NCBI GenBank assembly: GCA_964422145.1
Contig: CAYQZV010000001.1
Coordinates: 193,750-257,749 of the forward strand
Direction of reading: 5' to 3'
From: an uncultured bacterium
GTDB taxonomy: Bacteria; Fidelibacterota; Marinisomatia; Marinisomatales; JACNKV01
Length of the DNA stretch: 64,000 nt
Every line of letters starts with the position of its first letter. The first letter of the stretch is position 1. The translations under genes were made by a program, and so were the position numbers. Of this stretch, positions 25,652-34,961 are shown piece by piece. The notes beneath the pieces were generated by a model. That model saw only the letters and a list, made by a program, of their open reading frames with translations, had not been told where the DNA came from and ran no database searches.

Positions 25652-25942
25652 ATGATGACAGAAAAAAAATTAACCGAAGACCAACTGTTCGACCAACTGA
25701 TTGCATCGGTTGTACACAGCGCATGGGTTGCCCTTGGAAAGATCAAAAGCCCCGTAAGCGGAAAGACAGAAAAAGACCTTTTTCAAGCCTCCGTTCACAT
25801 TGATATGTTGGATATGATCTATAAACGCATGGACGGAAATTTATCCGAGAATGAAGAAACATATATCAGCCACCTGCTTCACGAATTAAAAATGAGTTTT
25901 ATCGAAGCAAAAGAAGAAAAAAATAAAAAAGAAAAGGAATGA
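25652..25942 (+). CDS. DUF1844-like small protein
   Basis: 96 aa. Pattern ...SAWVALGKIKSPVSGKTEKDLFQASVHIDMLDMIYKRMDGNLSENEETYISHLLHELKMSFIEA..., as I recall for the DUF1844 family. Confidence 0.55.
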   Translation: MMTEKKLTEDQLFDQLIASVVHSAWVALGKIKSPVSGKTEKDLFQASVHIDMLDMIYKRMDGNLSENEETYISHLLHELKMSFIEAKEEKNKKEKE

Positions 25943-25946
25943 ACCT

Positions 25947-28895
25947 GTGATTTCAAAATCATATATCCGCCTAAATCAGATTTTAGCAGGGATCACATTT
26001 TTACTGTCATTAATTGTATATTTGTTTACGGTTGCACCGACCGTATCCTTTTGGGACTGTGGTGAGTTTATTGCGACGTCGTACACGCTTGGAGTGCCGC
26101 ATCCCCCGGGAAGCCCGCTGTTTTTAATCATTGGAAGGATTTTCTCGATGCTTCCGATCGGGTCGGACATCGCCTATCGAATCAATCTTATTTCACCGCT
26201 TGTCAGTGCGGCTGCAGTTCTTTTGCTGTATTTGATCATCGTGAAAGTTGTAGCACATTGGCGTGGGGAGATCCGCACAAAAGCAGATGCAATTATTGCA
26301 TTTGGCGGCGCTTTTATCGGCGCAATGGTTTTTGCATTTTCTGACAGCCATTGGTTTAATGCTGTAGAGGCAGAGGTGTATTCTATCAGCACATTTTTTA
26401 CAGCCATTGTTGTTTGGCTGATTTTACATTGGTCCGAGCGGGCTGAAAAACCCGGGAATGAACGCTATATTTTGATCATTGCATATATGATGGGATTGGC
26501 GATCGGCGTTCACTTATTGAACCTGCTTGCTCTGCCGTTTATTGCGCTGATAGTTTATTTTAAAAAGCAAGACTTTGAATGGAAATCCTTTCTCGCGCTG
26601 ATGGGAATTACCGGACTTATCTTTTTTGTCATCCACAACGGAATCATAAAAGGCCTACCAAGATTAGCCGGGATGATCGGTGTTTGGGGTGTTGTTGGGG
26701 TTGTCATTCTGATTTTTGGTGCGCTGGTTTGGTCCGTGATCGAAAAACGGAAACTTCTTTCACTGGTGCTTACGTCAGTTGTTCTTATCCTTGTCGGATA
26801 CTCAAGCTACTCCATTATTTTTATTAGGTCTAATCAAAACCCAACCATTGATGAAAACAATCCAGAAACGGTTGCTGCAGCAATTTCATACCTCGAAAGA
26901 GAACAGTACGGTCAGGTTGGGCAATTCCCAAGAAGATATAACGACCTACCCGCAAAATATGTAGTAGTGGGACCTCCAAATGAAAACAACGAGTACTCTT
27001 CTACTCAAAATCGTCGCTACATGCTCTATAACCCCAAAGAACAGTGGTCGTATTTTATCAATTATCAGATGAAAAAAATGTATTGGCGATACTTCCTGTG
27101 GCAGTTTGCAGGACGAGGACCCTCCATTGAATCTGGCGTTACCACCTTTGGAGCAAACCAGAAAGAAGACGGCGTAGACTGGAGTCAGTTCGGGTTGCCC
27201 CTTGCATTTATTCTTGGGTTTGGCGGGATGTTTTATCATTATAGCCGGGATAAAAAAGAAGCCTTTTCTGTCTTCACACTTTTTTTCTTTACCGGCTTGG
27301 CCATTGTGCTTTATTTAAATCAGGACAACCCGCAGCCAAGGGAAAGAGATTATTCCTATGTCGGAAGCTTTTTAGCCTTCAGCATATGGGTTGGGATTGG
27401 TGCGTCTGCAATCTTTGAAACGGTTTACCAAAAAATTAAAGAGAAACAGCTGGCGCATCGATTAAACCTGATCACATTTTTAATTTTGGTTATTACTGTT
27501 CCTGCGGTGATGCTTCAGGCAAATTACCACGAGCACAATAGGTCAGGAAACTATGTTGCATGGGACATGAGTTATAATATGCTACAGTCCTGTGAACCGA
27601 ATGCGATCATTTTCACAAACGGAGATAACGACACGTTCCCGCTTTGGTACCTACAGGAGGTTGAAGGAATCCGCAAGGATGTCACCGTGGCAAACCTCAG
27701 TTTGTTGAATACACCGTGGTACATCAAACAATTACGAGATTCCCGACCAAAGGAAACTAGATTTATCCACATGGACGACGATCAAATAAATCAATATACC
27801 TCCGGGTTGATGCCGTGGGAAACACGGACGGTTCGCATTCCAGTTGCGAATGACCCGCTGAACACAAAAGGGTATATTGAATGGACGGTAAAACCAACGT
27901 ATGGCGGCGCGGCGTTAAAAGTTCAGGACATGATGATTTTAAAAATCCTAAACGACACAAGATGGAAACACCCGATTTATTTTGCCGTGACTGTCTCTCC
28001 CGCAAATAAGTTGGGGCTGGATGAACACATGGCGATGGAAGGACTCACGTTTCGAGTACACAGTCACAAGGTTGATATGATTGATCCTGAAAAAATGGAT
28101 TTATACTTGATGACCGAACTACAAGACGAAACATGGTCAGATGAGTTCACACCAGAATCCACGATATCTACCGAAAAAGATATCGAAAAAACATTTTGGT
28201 CTAAAAACTATCAGCCGGGCTATCTTTTCAGAAACCTTGGTAACGATGATATCTACTTCAACTCGCAAATTATTCGATTGCTTCAAAACTACCGCAGCGC
28301 ATATTGGCAATTAGCCGTTCACTATTTCTTGGAATTTCAGCGAGAAGGACGAAAAGCAAATCCGGATCAAACGTATAAAGAAGAGATGCAAACAAAAGCT
28401 CTTGAAACCTTAGATCAAATGTCCAAAAACATCCCTGAAAAAACAATACATCTTGAATCTCGAGAACTTTATTATCAAATCGGAATGTTGTACGGCCAGC
28501 TTGGAAACACAGCGCGATTCGAAGAGGTATTAGATGAAATTTCATCTAGAAAAAATCTTTCCGTGGACGAATTATTACGATATGGTCAAACCTACGTCCA
28601 AGAAGTGGGGAATTATGAAAAGGCTAAAAACATTTTCGAAACACTTTATTATTCATATTTACGGCAGGAAGAATCTGTAAAGGAAAAAGGCTTAAGCCGA
28701 TCTGGGTTAACACAAAGGTCATGGAACACATGGAAAAAAAGTTTTACAGAGATTGTTTCATCCCTGGTGTTGATCTACAAAGAATTGGGGCTGGATGAGC
28801 AATACAAGAAGGTTTTGACAGAGTGGGTTAAGCGTAACCCAACAGACACTAAAGCAAAACAAATGCTTTCAGAATCAGACGGCGAACAAAACTAA
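25947..28895 (+). CDS. DUF2723 (TMEM260-like) GT-C-fold membrane glycosyltransferase candidate with a C-terminal helical/TPR-like domain
   Basis: 982 aa, more than 10 TM helices. N-terminal signature APTVSFWDCGEFIATSYTLGVPHPPGSPLF. The soluble C-terminal ~450 aa is helical-repeat-like. GTG start 4 nt after the DUF1844 stop. Confidence 0.7.
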   Translation: MISKSYIRLNQILAGITFLLSLIVYLFTVAPTVSFWDCGEFIATSYTLGVPHPPGSPLFLIIGRIFSMLPIGSDIAYRINLISPLVSAAAVLLLYLIIVKVVAHWRGEIRTKADAIIAFGGAFIGAMVFAFSDSHWFNAVEAEVYSISTFFTAIVVWLILHWSERAEKPGNERYILIIAYMMGLAIGVHLLNLLALPFIALIVYFKKQDFEWKSFLALMGITGLIFFVIHNGIIKGLPRLAGMIGVWGVVGVVILIFGALVWSVIEKRKLLSLVLTSVVLILVGYSSYSIIFIRSNQNPTIDENNPETVAAAISYLEREQYGQVGQFPRRYNDLPAKYVVVGPPNENNEYSSTQNRRYMLYNPKEQWSYFINYQMKKMYWRYFLWQFAGRGPSIESGVTTFGANQKEDGVDWSQFGLPLAFILGFGGMFYHYSRDKKEAFSVFTLFFFTGLAIVLYLNQDNPQPRERDYSYVGSFLAFSIWVGIGASAIFETVYQKIKEKQLAHRLNLITFLILVITVPAVMLQANYHEHNRSGNYVAWDMSYNMLQSCEPNAIIFTNGDNDTFPLWYLQEVEGIRKDVTVANLSLLNTPWYIKQLRDSRPKETRFIHMDDDQINQYTSGLMPWETRTVRIPVANDPLNTKGYIEWTVKPTYGGAALKVQDMMILKILNDTRWKHPIYFAVTVSPANKLGLDEHMAMEGLTFRVHSHKVDMIDPEKMDLYLMTELQDETWSDEFTPESTISTEKDIEKTFWSKNYQPGYLFRNLGNDDIYFNSQIIRLLQNYRSAYWQLAVHYFLEFQREGRKANPDQTYKEEMQTKALETLDQMSKNIPEKTIHLESRELYYQIGMLYGQLGNTARFEEVLDEISSRKNLSVDELLRYGQTYVQEVGNYEKAKNIFETLYYSYLRQEESVKEKGLSRSGLTQRSWNTWKKSFTEIVSSLVLIYKELGLDEQYKKVLTEWVKRNPTDTKAKQMLSESDGEQN

Positions 28896-28917
28896 AACAA
28901 ACATCCAGAAAAACATA

Positions 28918-29964
28918 GTGAGCACAACACCAATGGTTTCAATTATTATTCCGCACTGGAATGGAATTGAAATACTTTCTGAATGTATTGAATCGTTAAA
29001 ATTATCGACCTACCCAAATATTGAGATTGTGGTTGTTGATAATTTATCAACGGACGGCAGCCAAAACTGGATCAAAAACAACCATCCTGACATTATCTTA
29101 ATTGAGAATGACAAAAATTACGGGTATGCGGGTGGATGCAATCGCGGTGTGAATGCCTGCCTGGGAGAATATATTATTTTTTTAAACAATGATACTGTCC
29201 AAACACCCGGTTGGATTGAGTATCTTGTTAACATCATGGCAGCAGAACCACAGATTGCAGCGGCACAACCCACGATAAGAAATTATTATCAAAAAAAACG
29301 TTTTGATTATGCGGGCGGTGCAGGCGGTGCAATGGATATTTTTGGATTTCCGTTTGCAAAAGGACGGATATTTTCCACACAGGAAAATGATACAGCACAA
29401 TACGCAGCTCCGGATGATATATTTTGGGCATCCGGGACAGCAATGATAGTACGAAAAGATCGGTTTATTGAGGCGGGCGGGTTTGATGAAACCTTTTTCG
29501 CACATATGGAAGAAATTGATCTGTGTTGGCGATTCCACCTGATGGGATTTAACATTCGATCAGCCCCAAAATCAATTGTATATCATAAAAATGCCGCTAC
29601 CCTGCCGCAGTATACAGTTCAAAAATATTATTTAAATCATCGAAATTCATTATTAATGATTCTCTCGAATTATACCCTTCTGCTGACCCTTTATTTGCTT
29701 CCAATTCGCCTTGCGCTTGAAGGCGTTGCGTTTATCTATGCTGCCATGATGTTAGATTGGAGACACGCCGTAGCGATTATTAAAGCCGTCGCATGGGTTG
29801 CATTTCATCCATTGGTGATATTTAGAAAAAGACGAAAAACAAAAAAGGTGAGAAAAGTAAAAGACAGAAATATTTTAGAAAAATTATATTGCGGAAGTAT
29901 CGTCTTAGACTATTATTTGTTAAGGAAAAAGACTTATCGGGAAATTGTATCTAAACCCGCCTGA
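28918..29964 (+). CDS. Family 2 glycosyltransferase
   Basis: 348 aa. VSIIIPHWNG..., DNLSTDGS, FLNNDT (DXD-like). C-terminal TM segments. Confidence 0.85.
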   Translation: MSTTPMVSIIIPHWNGIEILSECIESLKLSTYPNIEIVVVDNLSTDGSQNWIKNNHPDIILIENDKNYGYAGGCNRGVNACLGEYIIFLNNDTVQTPGWIEYLVNIMAAEPQIAAAQPTIRNYYQKKRFDYAGGAGGAMDIFGFPFAKGRIFSTQENDTAQYAAPDDIFWASGTAMIVRKDRFIEAGGFDETFFAHMEEIDLCWRFHLMGFNIRSAPKSIVYHKNAATLPQYTVQKYYLNHRNSLLMILSNYTLLLTLYLLPIRLALEGVAFIYAAMMLDWRHAVAIIKAVAWVAFHPLVIFRKRRKTKKVRKVKDRNILEKLYCGSIVLDYYLLRKKTYREIVSKPA

Positions 29965-30824
29965 TAAATATCTTCATTGTCCGAATCGAAATAAATCAAA
30001 TCCAGCAGCATATCTTCCTGCCGAAGGACAGATAAAACCCGTGTTAATGTTTCAGCATGCGTTTTTAGAAAATAGAGAGTATTTTGTTCCCTGGGGGTGA
30101 CTTGGTTTACTTCTTCAAGTCCGGCGAGCATCAACTTAAATTCTTTTAGGGCTTCCTCAATATTTCCATTATTAAAAAGATCGAGAGCATAGTAAAGAGA
30201 AAAACGCGCTTTTCTCAACCCAAAGTTTGAACTGAGATCATTCACGAGCGTTACCCGGTCACTCCAGCCTCGTTGATAATCTGAAGAACTGCCCCGAAGC
30301 GCAATGTTTCTACAGACTTCATACACCCGAGTTCCGCCGTTGGGTTCATAGGTATCCATTTCTCCGGCAAGGATTAGATTTCCGTAATAAGCAAGAAAAC
30401 TCGGGAGTGGCTCAAAAATCACCGGATCAAAATGAATTGCGCTACCTGGATTGTAGAAAAACTGAACTCCGTTGGCAAAATATCTCTGATCACCTCCGTT
30501 TGAAAAAAGCGCTTGAGCTAAAAATGTTTTAACAGATCCTTTGGTTGATGTTCCTTCAAAAATGATTTGAACATGAAGCGGAATCATCAAATCTTTATAT
30601 TCGTCATCCCAAATGATATTTTGATAGAAATACCCAATTTCCTCTTTTAGCGAAAACACTTCCTGCCGTTCATTTCCCCTCAGAAGGCGATCGTCAATCG
30701 TCACATGAATCTCTCCAAATTGGGCGACAGCGGGCTGAAAGAGGAAAAGAATAATAAAACAAAACCGTAAAATGCTTTTTCTAAACAAAGAGAAGGCGCG
30801 AGGAGATATATCTTTTGAAGCCAC
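29934..30824 (-). CDS. DUF4835-like secreted protein (family linked to the T9SS in Bacteroidota annotation)
   Basis: 296 aa with a signal/TM segment. Overall pattern similarity to DUF4835 as I remember it (...QEVF.L...I..F....W....., ...LPSFLAYYGNLILAGEMD..., ...GW.DR..LVNDL...). This is memory-based, with no search. Confidence 0.45.
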   Translation of the reverse strand: MASKDISPRAFSLFRKSILRFCFIILFLFQPAVAQFGEIHVTIDDRLLRGNERQEVFSLKEEIGYFYQNIIWDDEYKDLMIPLHVQIIFEGTSTKGSVKTFLAQALFSNGGDQRYFANGVQFFYNPGSAIHFDPVIFEPLPSFLAYYGNLILAGEMDTYEPNGGTRVYEVCRNIALRGSSSDYQRGWSDRVTLVNDLSSNFGLRKARFSLYYALDLFNNGNIEEALKEFKLMLAGLEEVNQVTPREQNTLYFLKTHAETLTRVLSVLRQEDMLLDLIYFDSDNEDIYQAGLDTISR

Positions 30825-30832
30825 GGTGTAAT

Positions 30833-31324
30833 TTATGAATCTATTTGTTCAAATATCCCGGTTTTTTTATTTTTTTCAACATTATCATGCTCAAAACATC
30901 TTCCATTCATGACGACATAGACTCCGCCTGGAAGGGTTTGGGCAAACGCCAATGCACTTCCAAGATTAAATAAACCATCCGAACTCCCGAATTTATAGGG
31001 GATCATTGCTCCGGTAAGCACAATAGTTTTATCTATGTTTGCTTCAGCAATCACTCTGGCTGTAACGGTCATCGTATCCGTACCGTGGGTGATTACAAGA
31101 TGTTTTTCTTTCGCATTGCGGCAATTTTCTACAATGATCTGCCGTTCTTGCTCAGTCATTTCGAGGCTGTCTTCCATCATCAGCGTCAGAATAGAAACGT
31201 TCACCCGGTTTCTCCCCAGACTCAGCATTTCCCTGACATGAGATTCTTTAAAGAACAGCGCTCCGCTTATTTCATCATACTCTTTATCAAAGGTTCCGCC
31301 GGTAACTAATATTTTGACTTTCAT
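30833..31324 (-). CDS. Single-domain asparaginase-family protein (N-terminal asparaginase domain only)
   Basis: 163 aa. ILVTGGTFDKEY (TGGT catalytic-Thr motif) and ITHGTDTM. Confidence 0.7.
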   Translation of the reverse strand: MKVKILVTGGTFDKEYDEISGALFFKESHVREMLSLGRNRVNVSILTLMMEDSLEMTEQERQIIVENCRNAKEKHLVITHGTDTMTVTARVIAEANIDKTIVLTGAMIPYKFGSSDGLFNLGSALAFAQTLPGGVYVVMNGRCFEHDNVEKNKKTGIFEQIDS

Positions 31325-31665
31325 AACACAGTATCAATATTGCCTGTAGGTCGTCCAACGACAGCTTTATCCCCATTGATGACAATCGGGCGCTCGATCA
31401 GCTTCGGATAAGAAGCCATTGCTGAGATTAATGCAGAATCGTCATCCAACTTTTCTTTTAGAGACAGCGTTTTAAAATCTTGTTCTTTCAGTCGGATAAA
31501 ATCTTTGGGCTTGAGATTCAGTTTTTCTGAGAGAGTAAAAAGTTCTTCTTCGGATAAGGGGTTTTTAAGATACTCAACCAACTCAAATTCGAGGTTTTTA
31601 TCTTTTAAGTATTGCAATCCTTCACGGCTTTTACTGCAGCGCGGATTATGAAGTATTTGTATCAT
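31321..31665 (-). CDS. ArsC/Spx/YffB family (arsenate reductase-like thioredoxin fold) protein
   Basis: 114 aa. IQILHNPRCSKSREGLQYL... with an N-terminal Cys. ATGA overlap with the asparaginase-like gene. Confidence 0.75.
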   Translation of the reverse strand: MIQILHNPRCSKSREGLQYLKDKNLEFELVEYLKNPLSEEELFTLSEKLNLKPKDFIRLKEQDFKTLSLKEKLDDDSALISAMASYPKLIERPIVINGDKAVVGRPTGNIDTVL

Positions 31666-31734
31666 GATTACAGACCTGTCTCTATAGAAGTTTTAGATGA
31701 TAATTTCATATCAAATTTAAAACCGCAAAGAGAT

Positions 31735-32349
31735 TTAATCCTTGCTGAAACTTAATGTTCTCGTTATTTCTGTTGATGCTGGGAGACAAAGACTTTCAAT
31801 CGGTTCAGTCGAACTGTTGACAATAATTGACGTAATCAACAGCGTGTCAAGGGGCTCGTAAGAGGTGTAAGAGATATCGACCGTTTGCTGGTCTTCATTA
31901 AATGAAAAACCTCCTTGAATATCCAATTGGTCGTAATCCAAATTGAGTTGAAACTCACCTGTCTCTACATCAGCGCTCCAACTCCCGTCTGAAGCAACTG
32001 AACTAAAAACGACAATCGGGTTGCAATTGGTTCCAATATTTACAGGAAGGGTGCCCGCCAATGAAGCGGCATAGTCCTCTTCTAACACAACTTGGCCGCC
32101 AATACCATCATTAGTATCATACATAATAGATCCACTGAACACTAACTGTCCGGAGTTGATAGGAAGTATTGTTCCGCCTAGCGCCACAGAAACCGTATCG
32201 ATATTTGAATAGGCGGTTGTTTCCGTTAAGAGCTGTGTTAACGACCAAGTTCCGACAAGAGGATGTAAATCTTCTTCAGATGGGGGAATCTGACATCCTA
32301 TGTAAAAACATAAAACAACAAAGAAAACAGGGAAGAGTTTGGTTTTCAT
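31735..32349 (-). CDS. Hypothetical lipoprotein
   Basis: 204 aa. Signal peptide with lipobox (FYIGC). LVGTWSL lipocalin-like opening motif. Confidence 0.6.
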   Translation of the reverse strand: MKTKLFPVFFVVLCFYIGCQIPPSEEDLHPLVGTWSLTQLLTETTAYSNIDTVSVALGGTILPINSGQLVFSGSIMYDTNDGIGGQVVLEEDYAASLAGTLPVNIGTNCNPIVVFSSVASDGSWSADVETGEFQLNLDYDQLDIQGGFSFNEDQQTVDISYTSYEPLDTLLITSIIVNSSTEPIESLCLPASTEITRTLSFSKD

Positions 32350-32382
32350 AAGGTAAGTCCTTTCTTGAAGTTAAATTTAGTA

Positions 32383-32862
32383 TTAACGGTTATCAAATTG
32401 AATCGAACTCCAGTAAGAGAAAGTTGTTATCTCCTTCTTTTTAATAATAACTGGATGAAGTAAAACATTTCCTATTGCATCAAGCTCAAAGAAAGAAAGC
32501 GGAAGCGAATCCGGATTCGCTAAAAATGAGTCAAGTTTTGTAATGAAAAACGATGGCTCAACGGTTATCCCGACGCTTGCCAAATAATAAGCACCCCTGT
32601 CAAGTTGAATGAAATAATTAAGCAATGTGTCTCCACGCACAACCGGATTACCATAAGACACAAGATAATCCGCAGGGTGTTCAGGGTCGGAAGTTATATC
32701 GCTGTCAAGCGCAAGAACGGTTATTCCGTAAATAGAATCGGGCCAACCACCTTCGATATGTAAAGAGCCTTCAACTCCGGAGACAGATGTTAAACCATTA
32801 TCATAACAGCCGACAAACAACAAGAACAGAGCCCCGAGAACGATATGTGTTTTATTGCTCAT
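32383..32862 (-). CDS. Hypothetical lipoprotein
   Basis: Likely start at ATG 32862 (MSNKTHIVLGALFLLFVGC, lipobox). The track start 32895 adds 11 aa. Confidence 0.55.
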   Translation of the reverse strand: MSNKTHIVLGALFLLFVGCYDNGLTSVSGVEGSLHIEGGWPDSIYGITVLALDSDITSDPEHPADYLVSYGNPVVRGDTLLNYFIQLDRGAYYLASVGITVEPSFFITKLDSFLANPDSLPLSFFELDAIGNVLLHPVIIKKKEITTFSYWSSIQFDNR

Positions 32863-32920
32863 TCTGGAAGAATGTAACAGATACCGGCAAAACACATCAA
32901 GTAAAATAATAAGTTAAAAG

Positions 32921-32948
32921 AAAAGGGCTGCAGAAACAGCCCTTTTCA
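32921..32948 (-). terminator. Hairpin AAAAGGGCTG-CAGAAA-CAGCCCTTTT between the FadL-like gene and the downstream lipoprotein genes
   Basis: Read directly. A/T tracts flank it on both sides. Confidence 0.65.
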
Positions 32949-32974
32949 TCATTTTATTTTCTTTTACGAAGAAA

Positions 32975-34648
32975 TTAGAATGCGTAGCAGAGTCCAACAG
33001 CAAAGTCTAGCGCTGTTTTCATGTATGTTTCATCAGCTGTTATTGTAAGTTCGTCGGTCAGCACAACATCTTTTGTTTCCGTACCTTCTTCATAAAATGT
33101 GTTGGAAATGCCAAAAGACAGTCCCATTTTTGAGTTCAGTTTGTATTTTCCGCCAAACCCAACTGTGTTGGATACAAGGCTATTGCTCATATCAGAATTA
33201 TAGCCCTTCAGAACATTTCCATCTGCAAATAACCAACCGCCACTTAAGGTTAAAGCCTCTGAAAGCGCAAATTCGGCACCCAGACCATACTCAAAACCAT
33301 TTTCAGTATAGGCTTCTTTACCGCCCCAGTCTACATCTTCGTTGAAGTAGAGATTGTAACTTCCTTCGAGCCTTAGAGACGGAAGCACTTTGAAGGATAG
33401 CCCAGTTGCCAGCACGGCAGGCATATCGGAATATGTTTTACCTCCGTTTGGAAAAAGACCTGAGCCGTCAACTTCTGTATCGTTAACCAGCGTCATTTCA
33501 GCTTTTCCTTCGTAGCGGAGAGAAAGAGCTAAACGGTCATTTGGAGTATAATAGAGTCCGAGAACAGGAGCAAAAGCAGATCCGTTTTGAGTGGCATCAA
33601 CTTCTATATCAGCTGTTTTGGCGGCGAAACCGGCATTTGTGGCTGCATCATTTGCGTATTGTTCAGACAAGGCAGCGTATGTTGTAGCAACAGCAAAGAA
33701 AGCTGGCTGAGTATTATTTGGTGTATTGATAGAACCGTCAAACGGAATTCCCAACTGTTCGGCACCACCCGCAAGAGTAGCATATGTCGCTTCATCGATA
33801 ATTCCATACGTTAAAAGATCGTCAAAAGTTAAATTCCCAGCATTCTCATCGTCTACAAGCGGCTGGAGACTCTCTCCTGCTCCCTGAGCTGCTTCTGCTG
33901 CATATCCTAATTGCTCAGCACCAATGGATAAAACATTAGACAGGTTTGTGAAAAACCCGGTCGCGGATGCCAATGTTGTTCCATCGTAGTTTGCTAAAGA
34001 CGCATCAATGTCGCTCGCATCTGGGTTGATTTGAATGTCTTTTAAATGTCCAATGTAAGTGTTTTTTGCCTGCACATAACGTCCGCCGACAGACACGGAC
34101 AACAGATCACTTACTTTGTATGACACATTTGCTTGGACACCCAGATAAACAGATGAACCCTCAAATGCCATGTCTAAGCCATAAGCAGTTGTTGGGATCT
34201 CGCTAGCAGTGAGAAGTGTAGGAATTATTGCAACATCATATTCAAAAGAAGGTAAACCTTCTTCAAAGTTAGCGCTACCACCGCCACCGATTGGCATAAG
34301 CCCAAGAGAAAACGCAAAGTCTCCGCGTTTATCTACATAATAAACATTGGGGAAAACAGGAGCAAAGGTTGATCCAAGGTACTTTTTTTCCTCACCGAAA
34401 AGTGAAAAAGAAGACTTTACTTCACGATCTTGCATAATGGTTTGATTGCTGAAGTAAAAATATTTACCATCGTCCAGGCTGGTTAAACCAGCGGGATTGA
34501 AGTAAACAGCATCAAGTCCGGTAGAGGCATTGCGATTCATGGTGCGGATAAAATCAGCACTGTGATTTGTGTTGTGTACTAAGTTGCCCCCCAAGACTAG
34601 ACCGGTGGTCAAAATAAACAGGAGAACAACAGAAACAGTTTTTTTCAT
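32975..34648 (-). CDS. FadL/TodX (OMPP1) family outer-membrane transport protein with an enlarged Ala/Gly-rich extracellular insertion
   Basis: 557 aa with a signal peptide. N-terminal hatch motif AVYFNPAGLTSL. Alternating beta-strand pattern. C-terminal ...GLCYAF (terminal Phe). Confidence 0.7.
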   Translation of the reverse strand: MKKTVSVVLLFILTTGLVLGGNLVHNTNHSADFIRTMNRNASTGLDAVYFNPAGLTSLDDGKYFYFSNQTIMQDREVKSSFSLFGEEKKYLGSTFAPVFPNVYYVDKRGDFAFSLGLMPIGGGGSANFEEGLPSFEYDVAIIPTLLTASEIPTTAYGLDMAFEGSSVYLGVQANVSYKVSDLLSVSVGGRYVQAKNTYIGHLKDIQINPDASDIDASLANYDGTTLASATGFFTNLSNVLSIGAEQLGYAAEAAQGAGESLQPLVDDENAGNLTFDDLLTYGIIDEATYATLAGGAEQLGIPFDGSINTPNNTQPAFFAVATTYAALSEQYANDAATNAGFAAKTADIEVDATQNGSAFAPVLGLYYTPNDRLALSLRYEGKAEMTLVNDTEVDGSGLFPNGGKTYSDMPAVLATGLSFKVLPSLRLEGSYNLYFNEDVDWGGKEAYTENGFEYGLGAEFALSEALTLSGGWLFADGNVLKGYNSDMSNSLVSNTVGFGGKYKLNSKMGLSFGISNTFYEEGTETKDVVLTDELTITADETYMKTALDFAVGLCYAF

Positions 34649-34961
34649 TTATGATTCCTCATTTTTTTGTTTTGTGGACACCCTGTTGTCTTTCAAATGA
34701 AACGATGAAACCTTATCACCTGCTTCAGTTGTTAGGACATCCAAGCTGCAGAATCTACCGTCGATTATTTTTATAAGTCAAATGAAAAAAACAACGCATT
34801 ATTTCAGAGTTTTTTGTCGATTTTTCGGAATAAAATTAATAATTGTACTCTGAAAACTTTCGTGATAAATTCTGCGACATTATATCGAACCCCGCTTGGG
34901 TTTCAATATGATACGATCTTTTCGTAAAAGAAAATTCACAGAATAACCAAGGAGAACATAG

